This document shows positions 45,347-58,900 of a stretch of DNA of 64,000 nt, piece after piece. The DNA comes from Phoronis australis (taxonomy: Eukaryota; Animalia; Phoronida): assembly GCA_002633005.1 (NCBI GenBank), contig NMRA01000690.1, positions 68,365 through 132,364 of the forward strand. The letters run 5' to 3'. A model generated the notes under the pieces. It was not told the origin of the DNA, did no database searches, and saw nothing but the letters and a program-made list of their open reading frames with translations. The position numbers were made by a program, and so were the translations under genes. How positions within the stretch are numbered: position 1 is the stretch's first letter; every line of letters starts with the position of its first letter.

Positions 45347-48300
45347 TTGGAAGTAGAAATTACTCAGTTTGGTACCAAAAAATTTAAAATGTTTTGAACG
45401 CTAACATCAATGTCACGAGTAGGAAAATAGGAAAAGAAAGCATAAGGTTATGATAATAATTATATTTTTAATGACATTCATATAAGGAAGAAAAAAGATG
45501 ATGATGGTGATGATGGAAAAGGGAATTGCTTAAAATCTTTAAAATTGCGTGCTGTCAAAGAATTTAACATTTTATTTAGACCACTTACCGCTGTAATGTT
45601 GCTCTGAACCTGTTCCTACATGTAACTCACATGCAAAGAACTGACAGTTTCTTATGCCCAGAGAGGCCGTATTCGGCGCTTAAAATGTCACGCAGTTACA
45701 AACCAACTTGTAGAGCTTGGTTTCAAGCAATAATCATCTGTCGATTCTTTCCAAGAGCAGAAAGTATCTCTAATTTGACTAAGAAACTTTTTGAGACCAA
45801 TTCCATAACGGTAACTGGTCTAAATCAGACCTTGTTTTGTGTAGGAAAGAGGGGTCATAGCCTATCCTGTTTAGATATCATCCTTCTGTTCCCTGATTAA
45901 CCCAACGCGACGAATATCATTTAAAAACACTGTTTAAGCCTTTTGTTGTTAAATACGTCATGAAACTAATGTTCTAATTTTAATAAAAATAAATGTAGTC
46001 GATTTACATTCTCAAACAATGCTCTTAAAACATGGCGTCAGCTTTCAAGTTTTGTTAATTCCCTGATGGTGCACCAGAAAATGCCGGCGAAACGGAATTA
46101 CAACGGGCTACGCTACTATTTATTTATCTAATACAATAACATCTGTTGGTCAATCTGACGAGTTAAATTTTGTTGACTTTTGTCTGCCGGCAGGATATAT
46201 TCTTGAGTGCCCAAGCAATACAATAACAATTAATGTAAAAAAACACTTGTGTTAAGTCTCGATTCCAACACTTGTGTTACCGAGTCTGAATATGAGTCGA
46301 AACGTCATTTGCCTAGTAAATAACGAGCAATTAAAACTCTCACGTCTGACCCGTAAGGTAATCTTCCATACCACTTAAAAATTGAACATATGTTTAAAAG
46401 TTTTATCTTTTTATATGCAAATGTTATCACTTAATACCCCAAAGAGCGTAATTGCTTTTTTAACAGTGCGGTTGTGCAGACAATTGACTATGTATATCAT
46501 TTTCTGTTGATTTAATGTTGTCTATATTTAAGCCTCGAGAAAAAAGCTGTGATCGGAAACAAAAAACGATGACTTGATCTGATTTCATTGAAGGGCTAAA
46601 CACACATCCCTTCGTTTTGTGTCAAAATACAGAAAATATTTCATCGGTGCGATGTTGGCTCTTACATTTTAAGTTCAAGATAATTATTTGAAATTACAAG
46701 AAAACGTGAAATCTAACAAAGTTCAAATGCCCTTGTATAGTAATGATTTAAAACAGTTGAAATCGCTTAAGTGCAAAAACACTTGTGTGGAATAAAGGAA
46801 TCAAAATGTAATTTTATAGACGAAATCCGGCTAAGACGAAATACCTTAAAATTACGAGATATTTTGGTAATCATAGCGAGGATAAACCTGATCTTTCGGC
46901 AAGGTTTTGGAAATTTGCCGTATTATCTTCCTGTTGTGACGCATTGTAATTTTAGTTTTGTGGTAAATATCTTTAAGGGACATTATTGGACAGAAAAGAA
47001 ATGCTCTGAAATCACCGTCAACGCAGAATCGAATACGGAACCACCCTGTTCGAAGTCGAACGCTTTGCTGGCAAAGCTAACCCACACTGGATAAATGATA
47101 TAGTACTTTAAGCGTATTTAGCTTATAAAGTCCCCGAATGCCGGGAACACAACGGCGAAAATAAAGATATGCCATTTTCCTATTACATGCCCTGGGGTTC
47201 ACTTCATAAAATCTCGGTGACCCGTCAGCCTAAAACTACATGTTTAAGCTCAGTTTCTTGATTTCCTCAACCCCTGGCATTTCTGTTCATTCTTAGCGGC
47301 TCAGTGTTTTCACCAGACTGTTAACACGCGGTGCTAATTAGGTGAAAGAGTGCGGGCAATTGACACAGTTTCAGTAGTTGTTACAGTTTCCTCCGACAAA
47401 TCTGTAACAACTTTCGCAGAAGTATTTCCAGGTCCACGAAACAATCATTCCCAGTGTTACAGTTTGCTACCAGAGGTCGCCACTGGATTCCAACGTTTCT
47501 CCCGAGATAGGCTACTTGATTTCCTGTATAACTTTTTGGAAAATACCCATTAATTGGTTACAGTTACATAATTAGAATTGAAAAGTGAAGAGACTATGGT
47601 TTGCTGCAATTATCTATGATTGAACTAGTCCAAGTAAATTTCGGACATTGGTGAGCTCAGCTACTAAATTTCAGATTGCCTTCAAAATTTGCCGTTCTGG
47701 AACCCTTCAAAATGTTTGTCAACTTTTGAAATTTGGAGCCCACTTTTTAACTGTAAAAGCAACTAACTATCCAGTTAACATTTAATTGAGGAAAGTCGAC
47801 TGCCTTTTGTAGTGACACGAGAGGTTTCCAAGCAAGAAATCACCTACACATATAACTTTTTCTTTACCTCAGTTCTGGAGGTCATGGCATAGAAGTACTG
47901 AAGATGTCCAAGACAGACATCTTTTGTAATTTGAGTAGATGTATTATTTATTGGTATAGAAAAACAAGGATATTGTCAATGAGATCTGTGTTTAAACATT
48001 GCCACTACAGCAATGATGAGGGTTCAGGAAACTACACTTAAAGAGGCTTGCAACGCGATAAGGATCTAAATTGCAAAATTGAAAGTGGTTCTCTGCCAAT
48101 AAACAGAATTCAGCCTGCTCACCAGGTATTCTTAGGGTGTGTTCGTGGTAACCACAGTTTTTTTTTTCTTCGAGCGTATTTCAAAAATTATGATTTTTGC
48201 GATTTTTTGTAGAAATTTCCTCACAGGGGAAGTGAATTACTGTGTACTAGAGGTTGCGAGATTGTACTTTGGTCAGGAATTGTTCAAAAGATATCTTAGA

Positions 48301-49449
48301 CGAACTTTCGCATTCCATGCCTCGTTAACACTTAAACATTCTGATGCTGGCGTTACTGGAAACTGGTGACAAGTCATTCTGAATTCACAAGAATGTAAGT
48401 GCATATCGATCAAAGAGCAGTAGATCTGTAACACACCTTACAAAATATAAAATAACACGTTTTTTCATTCTTAAGGACATAAGTCAAACTTAAGTGGCTT
48501 GTAGAGGAGCAGAGACTTCCGGTAAAATCATGCAAAGCTCAAACATTTAGTTATTTTTTATGAACCGTAGGTACCTTCCGTTTAGAATAGGATCCAAACA
48601 GGGTGGGGTCCGTAAGAAGCGAGAACCTCGCCAAAACGCAAGACTTCGGTAATTATCGCCTTGAAGTGTAAGTGAAGGCCGTGGCCTAACTACCTTTACT
48701 CGCGAGATGCTTGCATGTACGGAACACAACCCTGGCGTCATGGACACGATGAAATCTAAAACGGCTGTGAGTTTCATTAGATTCCTTTGAAGCATGTCAG
48801 ATGATCAATTACATCACTAGTTCCTTCACCCCTTGTTGATCGTGAATGTCTCCAGGTGGGTAATACCGTGAACCGGCATGTAAAACACCTGACCCATTAA
48901 CTCAATGACTTACCGGGTAATGTGTTGGGGCAATCCTTCATTTGTTTCGAACACCGACTAAAAATTTCCAAAAGGTCATTTTTTTCAAATTTGTATACGC
49001 TTATTGCAGACAAAATTGTTGTTTTATCGCACCTGCACACTACAAGTTAACTGTATTAATAATGTAAGATCTTCTTTATGTTTGTTAAGAAGTTTGACAG
49101 AAAAAAATCATCTTGCTGTCCGATTACGTTCTAACTGAGTAAATAATGCGAGTGAAACACAAAATTTGTTATTGTAAGTGTACGACGTGTTATCGACAGC
49201 CTTTCTTTTTCATTTCGGCTGGTGCATATCTCGTCGTTTCATTGACTTTAAGAGTATGCCCGTACATGCTTTTCAATCGTTTGGTCATTTATATTTTAAA
49301 ATTACTGAGTTTTCAAAATCTTTGAAAAACTTGCAGGGATGGGCCGCGATCACAACGGCACATTTTATTGCAGTTTTAACAAACCGGGCTTTCGTAAAAA
49401 AATGGGTAAGCGTTGATGCTTAACGTTATAGCGAATAGGTGATCATAGA

Positions 49450-49658
49450 CATGCGCGCATCCAGCCTAAAATATAGGAGGGTTCGAATTTTTAACAATGT
49501 GAACCTTTCACTTGCAAAAAATGGGGGACTAAAAAAACGGGGTGCCACGTTCAGAGCGCGGCTATGAATTGTGCATTCGCGTCGTTTTAGTGGACTTTTG
49601 TCTCGCTTTCTCGGACTTTTTTTGTTTCTCTGAGGCTTAACTTTTTGCCCACTAAGCC
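49450..49658. mobile_element. MITE family B, partial, inverted orientation
   Basis: CATGCGCGCATCCAGCCTAAA ... CTCTGAGGC ... TTTTTGCCCACT. Confidence 0.68.
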
Positions 49659-52600
49659 AAATGTCCATGGAAACTAAACGATGTCTACATCATTACCGAA
49701 AACTTTTCTTGGTCATTGCCCTTTTCATAGGGTAACTTCTTTAAAATACCAATTTGGAATCGAAATCCTGAGCTGGACTGTCGTGCGAGTTCAACTGAAC
49801 TACATGTATGCCAGTATTATTGAACGACATTCTTCGCTCGCCTCCAGAAATACCTTGACTTTCATTATTATTTCTGATTAATTTTAAGCGTAAACCTATA
49901 ATTATTTTCCAAAGCTTATAGCGTTTTAAATGCCTGTCTATTCAACCGACTGACTTCTTCTGATGATCTAAATCAAAACATTTTCAACGACCTTGGCCAA
50001 ATATCAATGCAAAACTCCTTTTTTCAAAATAGTCCAATTACCTTTGAAAGCCCGATAACCAGGTAAACACTTACTAACTCAATTGTTTGGGTGACGGCAA
50101 TATTACCAGGAAATTGTATTTCAGGAGAGCATGCCCTGTGAACTCTAAACGTACGCACATGTGTGCTGGTCAAGGTGAGCTTGCGACTAGGGAGGTACTT
50201 GAATGTCACTTAGTTCAACAGGGTGGTCGACGGTCATGCATTTCGCAGATTTTTTTATCCGAAATCAAAAGCAAAACAAAAATATAAACACGTGCGAAAG
50301 TCTAAGTATTTTTTATGAAAAAGCCTGCTTGAAGTTTGGTCAGAGATGAAATTGGTGTAATTCTGTTCAAATTTGCGCATTTTATTCATTGTTCGATGTC
50401 GCCAATTAGGCCACTATTGAGAAAACTTTTAGAATGTCGTGTCTTCAACTGCGCTTACTCTGAATTAGCTGCGAGGTAACCTGTAGCTGACTATTCGAAT
50501 ACCCCTCCGAGCTAGATCTCAAAGTTCCCCAGTTCTGGTCTTAAGAGAACCACCGAGCTCCTTATGGGAGTACCTTCGAAGCCATAACGTGTTTTGTTTT
50601 TGTAACAAATCAGGGTTCAGTGTACGCTCCGATTTGTTTCAGCAGACCAATTTATCACAAAATCGGGCCTAAACTTTGCTCTGATTTTCTTTGCCGCCCT
50701 GTTAGGTCACTTGGACGGAGTTGTAATAAAACGACTCGCCGTTGTAATACATTGGGGCCCCTCAAGGGGGTCTTACCGTTCTAACTTCCTATGTTATATA
50801 ATTATAACGGTTTGACCTCGCCGGTGGTTTTCTACATGGAACGCCATAAGCGTCACCTTGTGACGAGTCAGTTGGACGCGTTCCCCACCTTGTGGCAGAG
50901 CAGCGTTTTATTTTATTCTGGGAAAGCGTTAATACTTGTTAACAGATCAAAACCCGATTCTGTACCCCTTTATACATAAAAGTGTTCTGGCGCCGCGTCA
51001 ATTTCAACCGAGGCACGGAACGTTTTCCGCCTAATGCACCACAAACGCGTGCAACCAAAATCTTAAACGACGTGACTTGCCAAGTCAACCACGATCACCT
51101 CACGATGGGCCGCCAATGGCCTACTGCGTCACACACACGAGTGCTGCCGCCACTTCTACGTCGGACGCTTTGTGACCGTAAGATTCAGTTTTTTTTTTGT
51201 CTTTTTTTGAATACAGCTAAATAGAAGTAATCGCTTCATCATTTATTCACAGCAACAGTTTATGCCAATTATCGGATCAAACTCGAGTCGGAGGAATCGA
51301 AAGAGCGCCTTAGCGTTTGATCTGCTATGTGTTTTGGTATTTGTTATCAGACCAGAAGTCCCGTTACGTCGACGCATGTTTTTGACATGTGTCCCATGTT
51401 GGACCTATTAGTCTGGTTTCGTGTAACTAATTTCTTCAGAATTGCACTCATAGTAAATAGTGGGTAGTTACATATGTCTATTAATGTTGCACCTTTGAGC
51501 TAGCAGGGGAATGACGATATTAGGTATTTTGATCGTAAACTGCAATCCTTTATACTGAGAGTGAGAAAGGTGTGAATGCTATGTGTATGACACCGTTTTA
51601 TCTGCTCCATTCGTTTGGTTTGCTTTCACTCGATGTCATGTTAATTTCCAATCGAAATGAACCTGAAGGATGTTATCGTCGGTCTTGATAAACTGTTTCA
51701 TACACGTTTTATCCTAAATTGAAGTTGGTTCTTTTTGAAGCGCCTAAGCAGCGCTTAATATAACTACTGTACAGGTTTTCTATTCGTGGTCACTATTATA
51801 TATTGACATGTTTGGAAATATTTTACACTCCGGCTTAAGTACTACAAAAACGTGTTTAGCCGATTGCCCCTGGTTTGGACGAAGTAAAAATTGTAAGATG
51901 GCGACTCGTATCAACTAATTTTAAATAAGTTAATTAATGTATTTTGACACGTTGCAGGAAGTGTGAAACGGTCTAACCATAAAAATTATCAAGGGTTGAG
52001 TCGCCTTATTTCGCCACTCGATTTCTGCGTCGTGCCGCCAAATTAAACCAAAACTTTCTGCATTTGCCACCGAGCGAACAGGATGCCCCCAAGGGAATAC
52101 AATGAAGGGTTCGTGTAAACTTTTGAAAACTAAAATTTGACCTGTATTTTGCAAGATTAAAATGTAGACATATTTGATATATTGCACTAAGAACGTGTTA
52201 CAAATCATCAAGCATGAGTAACTCGTCTCCTGTCATGTTTGAAAAACTGCGGAGTTGTGAGAGAAGTACCGAGTACTGAAGAAAAGATCTGCAGGTAGCA
52301 AGAAAAGTAGTGCGTTAATGAGAAAAGTACGCTGTTAATGAGAACGCCCGTGCGGAGCGTGAGCGGAGAGTGCCTACCCTTAGGTGGCAGGACGATCGAT
52401 AAAAACTGCATACACACGATGAACGTCTATCGCACAGAGGGTGTTTCCAATTACTCTTGATATCCAAAGTTTCTTTTGACCCCTGCTGTTATTTTTGTAT
52501 CGTTCTCTGCCTCGGTCAAACGGTTCAACACGTTTTTAAACACGGCTATCATGTATGTCCTTATTACATTTTGCACAGCGTATTTGCGAAATTCATTTAA

Positions 52601-52853
52601 CTTCTTACACCTGTGCTTAACTCCCGTTTGGCTGGACGTCAGTTTAGTCTCATCTTTTTAAGGCGGCAATACATATGTTCACCCGCCTTTGTCAGTCAAA
52701 AACCAACATTTGAGTTAGACCACTTTCCTGTATAAAATTAGGCAAATGAGGAAGACTTGGCCGGTCTGTTGTGCTTAATAATAAAGACTATTCTCGGCGC
52801 ATAAAATGAAACGTAGTGACAATCCAACTTCTCGAGTGTCGGGTCCTTTCCAA

Positions 52854-52911
52854 GTCCAGTATAGCCTCTAATCCGAGTTACGTCCAATATAGCCTCTAAT
52901 CCGAGTTACGT
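52854..52911. repeat. 28-bp tandem duplication
   Basis: gtccaRtatagcctctaatccgagttac x2. Confidence 0.85.
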
Positions 52912-55900
52912 AACAATTAAGATCAGGTCGATAGAAATAATTAGTACCTCAATCAAAAGTCATTTTTGACAGGAGGGTTTCATAGCCGCTTTAAAAAAGT
53001 CCATCCCACAAGACAGTAGAATAGCAAATACGACATAAGTCAAAGAATTTAACTTAATATTCCCTCATCGTGTATATCAATAGATCATAATTTCTAAAAA
53101 AAGTTTAAATCCAATTATTTCATGAGTATTAAAGCCGCCCGGTGGCAACGCTACTTATTAATTTAAAAATCAAGGCAAGCAAGTCGATATATCAACAAGT
53201 ATTTTTGTCAACCTTATGTTTTGGTGTCGACGCAAGTTCAAGAAATGTTATTACCCGCGAAAATTGCCGAACGTCATAAAAATATATAATTATAAGCAAA
53301 ATCGTTCATAATCGTCGACATTTTCGAAAGCATGCAATACGCGCTCTTTTGACAGACCGCCCTCTCCTTGAGTACTTCCGACGTAAATCATTTACCGACA
53401 ATTTTAGAAACTTTCAAACGCCCATGCCGTTCATTCTCTACACCAACCCTTGGCGTAGATTTGAACGCCTTTTCCAGTGTTTTTAGCATATCGGTTATTC
53501 TAGAATCTAACTATCACAACACGTGAGACAATCTACATCTCTACATGAACTGACGTTCAATTTCAAATCTTCCAACAAAAGTAAGTAATCTGATCAAACT
53601 CTGGTCATGTTTATTTTTTCGCTGCAAAAATATAATCTCCTCATTCTATGTAGAACGCTGCAGAGTAATATCCTTGAGCAATAATCGATAGGCATGGTCT
53701 GGAAAATCTCTCAATATTTACATCAATCATTCAGATGTCGATATAAATTTGCGTTGACCATTTGCTCCAGTATGATCGTAGAAAATACGCAAAATTAATT
53801 TTCCAAGAAATGGCTTTAGTGACCTCGCTCGGCCAACTCATCGATTATTATGGTAAGCTGTACGTGTTTACGCGGATTAAACTCTCGAACTGTTAGATGT
53901 TTCACTTTCAAACAGCAGAAATACATTATAATGAAAGCACTGGGGACATTATGAACCTTTTAGAAACAATTTTAGGTTTACGCTTAAAGTCAGACCAAAC
54001 TAAGCAATAATAGCGTCTTACTATTTCGGGAGGACTTGAAAGAAACGCAAAACCCCCGGCTGTCTACCCGAGCGTGAGCTCCCTAGGCATTTGTGAAGTG
54101 TTCAACTGATCTCGTACGACTTTCCAGCTCTCGATTTTGTTTCTAAATGCTTATTCTATAGACATTACTCTGTGATGTCCATCGCCTCTTTGTCTCACAT
54201 AAGCTAGGAAAATTGGCCCTTGGCTTATGTTATTACGCTCAGGATTTGATCAGTGCCACACGCCGCCCGCGCCAGCCATTTTCACGGCGCCCAGCGACCA
54301 AAGAGCTGATAAAGCCAAAAACGCGAAGTTAATTCTGTTCTCTATCCCGATTCGTTAGATCTCGGCTCATCGGTCTAAACCAAACTAACAAAAAATACGC
54401 CCACCCGAATCAATTTCAACTATAAGGCCTCGTGTTTTGTTTGCGTTGTTTTTTTTTTCTTTTTTTTTTTGAAAAGCTGCACAAAGGCATGTTAACAGGC
54501 GTAACCAAGGTTTGAAACGCCATGGTTTGTCAAGCGATGAGTAAAAGCTAAACAATTCCCGTCATTTTCGCTCCTTTCAGGTGGATTGTATTTTTGATAA
54601 AGTGATCAGCTAAAAAACACCGCACCACCGATTCGATTTTTAAAAATAAAAGAGAACGAATTGACCTAAGGTTGCCACTTCGATTTCACCGAGTTTACCT
54701 TGACTGGCAGCCCTTATGATGAATCTGCGAGTTGTAATTAAATCACAAAAAACACAGCATATTTAGCTGTTTTATAGCTGTAGACAACTCTAATAACCTT
54801 CAAGGAGTCAATCCAACCCAAAAATAACCTTCAAAATGTGTTTTTGCCATATAACAAACACGTTTTGTATTTTTATGATCAATCGCCGCTATGCAAACGA
54901 ATTACTATTAATATTGTCGTTGCTTATTACTTGTCAACTAAACTATTTTACTGCTGTGATTATAAATATACTAATCTACTGTCTCTCTAATTAAACACAC
55001 AGACACACCGTTTTCCGCGTGTGGCAGTTTCTGTGCGTAACAGTAAAACCAACAAGCGTTTAATTTATTTACTCACAAAACTATATCGTATATTTTGCCT
55101 AAGTAGCCGCTTACTTTCTCGCTACAGGTTAGCACCACTGGCACGTTGGAACCCACCACGACACCCGACCGCTAATTCCGTCGCAAAAACAATATCCTGT
55201 CATTAAGACATTAGAAATGCTGTCAGTGTGGATTTTGACATGTGATTTTTTCAACCAATAAACATTCCTTCTTCACAAATATTTATTCACAGGTGTCTGC
55301 GACTAAATACAATTGTGTACGCGATAACCTTGTGATTCGAAACCACCGATCGCCTTGGCTGGCACTATTACATGAAGATTCTCGGTTTATGATAATATTT
55401 ATTGAAGACGAAAACATACCATTATCATCGATACGCAAACAATGTTTAAGTCTAATGGGATACATATGTAGGCATTTTGCTATTTGTCCTATCGCTCAGC
55501 AGGAAATGCTGTGAAAAAGACACTCGTCATTTCTCGCGAGATCTCGTGAAACCGATTATGTTACAGTGTAGGAGTAAAACGATGGGTGTTCACGTGTGTA
55601 CAATACATTAACTATATGTAGAGGGGACACACAAAAAAGTCATTTTAAGACAAGCACATATATTGCTGATAGCCGCTTGCGCCTACCAGTGCTTATAGGC
55701 GAAACGCTTTAAAACAATTTTAAAGATATTTCGCACAAACATACTTGTAACTACATGTATGTACCTTCTATACATGTACGGTACACTCTGACATTTGTTC
55801 AAGCTGCATTTTTTCATTAACATTTTTATGTTATCTAGTTTTAGAAGAAGCTGTTTCCATTTCTGTTGTATTATTTCTCTCGGCATTTCTCGTGTTATTT

Positions 55901-58900
55901 TATCCGCTTATGGTGTTTGTGGCTGTCCGTTGATAGCGAACCAACGAATATTCGACACATAAATTGCTTCTGACATTTATTTTGTCATTTTACTTGTCCA
56001 GCGTGAAAGGTGCCCAATCACAACCGAAAATATCATGAATATCACTCTAGACTATAGCGTGGTAATTTAAGAAATGTTCTGTCTATAAACTGCCTTTAAT
56101 CAGATACAAGAATTCTAAGATATCGATAACAACACATTCTGCGTATGGCGACATTGGGCAGGAAAACCAAACAACTGTGTTTGCAAAAAATCTTAAGCTG
56201 TGTTCAGAATTTCTTACATGGCTTTTTAATTTTTGTTTGACCGACTGCGTGCATCACTAAGTCCCGTTTTATTAGCTGGTACTCCACGTTTTCATAATAC
56301 GATTGAGGTTTTTATCGCCATTTCCATGAAATAGTGACAATTGCCGTGAAAAATGTGACCACATGATAATACCTTATTTGTGATAATAACTCGTGTTACC
56401 TGTACAAGTCGTCGGGAGAATTTCCAAAATAATTATATATCGTGTCCCATTCTAAAGTGTTTCTCGCCTAGCCTACGTGTGGAGCGCTTGCTGACGTTGT
56501 TTGAGGCCGTGAATTCTCACTGAGCTACGAGATGTGGCGTCCCTAATTAATTGATACTGTCAGAAAAACTGGAAACATCGCCTAAAAGCTTGTTACAATT
56601 AAAGGTTTTCTACCCAGTGCAAGTTCTTGAGACGAATTAGGTACTTTAGCCTCTGCGCTAAATCTCGGTAGTGATCAAGAGAAACCGAACCCAGGAGGTT
56701 ACGTCGAGAATTTGGTGCCCCAAAGGTCAGAATTTCATGAACAGTCCCGCACGTCGGAAATTTTCAGTTTTACTGAAGGTTTAGGATTTGTTTGGCCTTT
56801 TTTCATCTTGAGTCTAGCCACTTGTATGAACAGAAATTGACGGACCATTAAATTGTTTTCGATTTCATCGTATCTTTTTATTTTTATTTGAGGAAACAAA
56901 TTTTATAGACGATGTGTTCTTGTTAGCTCGACAAGCTCGAAATCAAGTCATAACAAACTAAGTATTTTAAATATGTCATATGAATTTGTTTTCGCTTATT
57001 TCATATGTTTTTGGTAATTAAATGCCACACCACTGATCTTATTTTGCAGATTGTCCATAAGCTGTAGGCCTGTATTATTAAGAGGATACAAAACCCTGTT
57101 TTAGGCCATTAACAGACGTTAACAGAGACAAGATCACTTAATATATCTTAGGAACCAAATGATATCTGTAACAATTAGCAACCGTCAAAGATTTGGAATT
57201 GGTTTGAAAACTTAGTGACGACATCGAAATCGGTGAATGTGACTGACAGGTCCGTCTTTTCGAACAACATGACCCACTTTTAACGCATTTAGAAAGTGTC
57301 GAAGAACGTGTGCGCACCATGAAATAGGTTTCGTGTCAGAAAAGCGATATATCGCAAGACCACGCAAAGTTATGCAAGTGAATGACGAGTGTTTATACTT
57401 TGGACTTTATCCCGTGGCTACGCTAGCAAAATGGCCGCCACCGAAATATTTTATCGGCTAGACTGAAATGTTGAATTTTGAGAGAAAATTCACGGTTTCC
57501 GTTCCATAAGCGCAGATTTCTCTCCGCAAGTGTCTCGCGTGTGAATTGCGTGTACGAATCGACAAGCCCCTGAATAATGCCTTATTTCTCAGCAAGAGTA
57601 CTAGGGCCTACTGTAACTGCGAAATCGAGCAGCTTACAGAATCAGTTTTGGATGGAATCAGCAAATTAGTAAAGTACGTCCCATCTCCATTTTAGGATGT
57701 TGTCCTGATTTTAGTGCGATTTTTGTTGTTTAGCATTTCTTCCTCAGCCTCGTGTTTCCAACCAAGCTTGTAGTCTGTTAGTCATGTACGCAACATTAAT
57801 ATAAAGATAACACAAACAGGTTTTTGTAACAGTATGAACACGAGATAACCTACTGTAGGTTTCACTTGCTTGAGCTCTCTAACCCTTCTCTGTTGTCTAG
57901 TAACAATATAATGTACACAGGTCCAAACGGCTACTGTTCATATAAAGTCTCGAAAGACTGAATACACTCTGTTTATTGTGATGTGTTTCATCGGGTTTGC
58001 CATCCTTGTTGTTTCCTAATCATGTCACTCAGTTACTCATAAAACTAATTTGGCTTATGTCTGACAATCAACTCCGTTACCGGACAATACGTCTGAAAAG
58101 GTAGTTTTATATCTTACAGTTTAATCTCAAAGAAATGAAAAATAATTGAAAACACTGTTTTTCACATGTTTCTGAAGAAGGGAGGCAACTTTATACACGT
58201 AGAGGCTATCTGAGTAAGTCTTCTGACATCCCGAACAAACGCTCTCACAAGACAATGTATTCCACAAAATATGTTTTGAAGTTTAATTGTCAGTCTTGAA
58301 TTTAAAAACTGTTACGTTGCTAAACACATTCATCTATACAAAAATAATTGCCAATCAATTGATGGTTTTACTATCGTGTGATTTTTTTATAATTGTAATT
58401 GTATATTCGGTGAAACCTGGTTAAAGAAGAACCAAGGCTTGCTATTGTTGAGTTACATGTGCTTTGAACGAGGTCGGCTGCATTCGTTATTTCTCAGTAA
58501 ACGTTGCTCAATCGTTTGCAATACAAGTATTTTGGACGAAGCTTCTCAACGACAGTTCACAGCACTAGCAAAGTGTATCGCGTTTCAAAAAATAATCGTC
58601 TCAAATACACGCCCACATCAAAAACCAGGAAATGGCGAAAATATAGAAGCCATAGACTTCTGAAGAACAGTTGCCCATTATCTTAAAACAATGATAGTAC
58701 ATGTTTTTGATTTTTAACCACTTGGAGCATACAGTACTGCTGTACATGTCCTCGAACAGTTAGGTTTCCTCCATTGGAACATATCCACGTTACAGAAAGC
58801 CTTGACCTGCATCTCTGTCTGCCTTGCAGTATTATATTTTTAGCTAATAGGCTAACAACGTACAACATTCTCTCAGCCCCGGGAAATTACCAGACCGCAA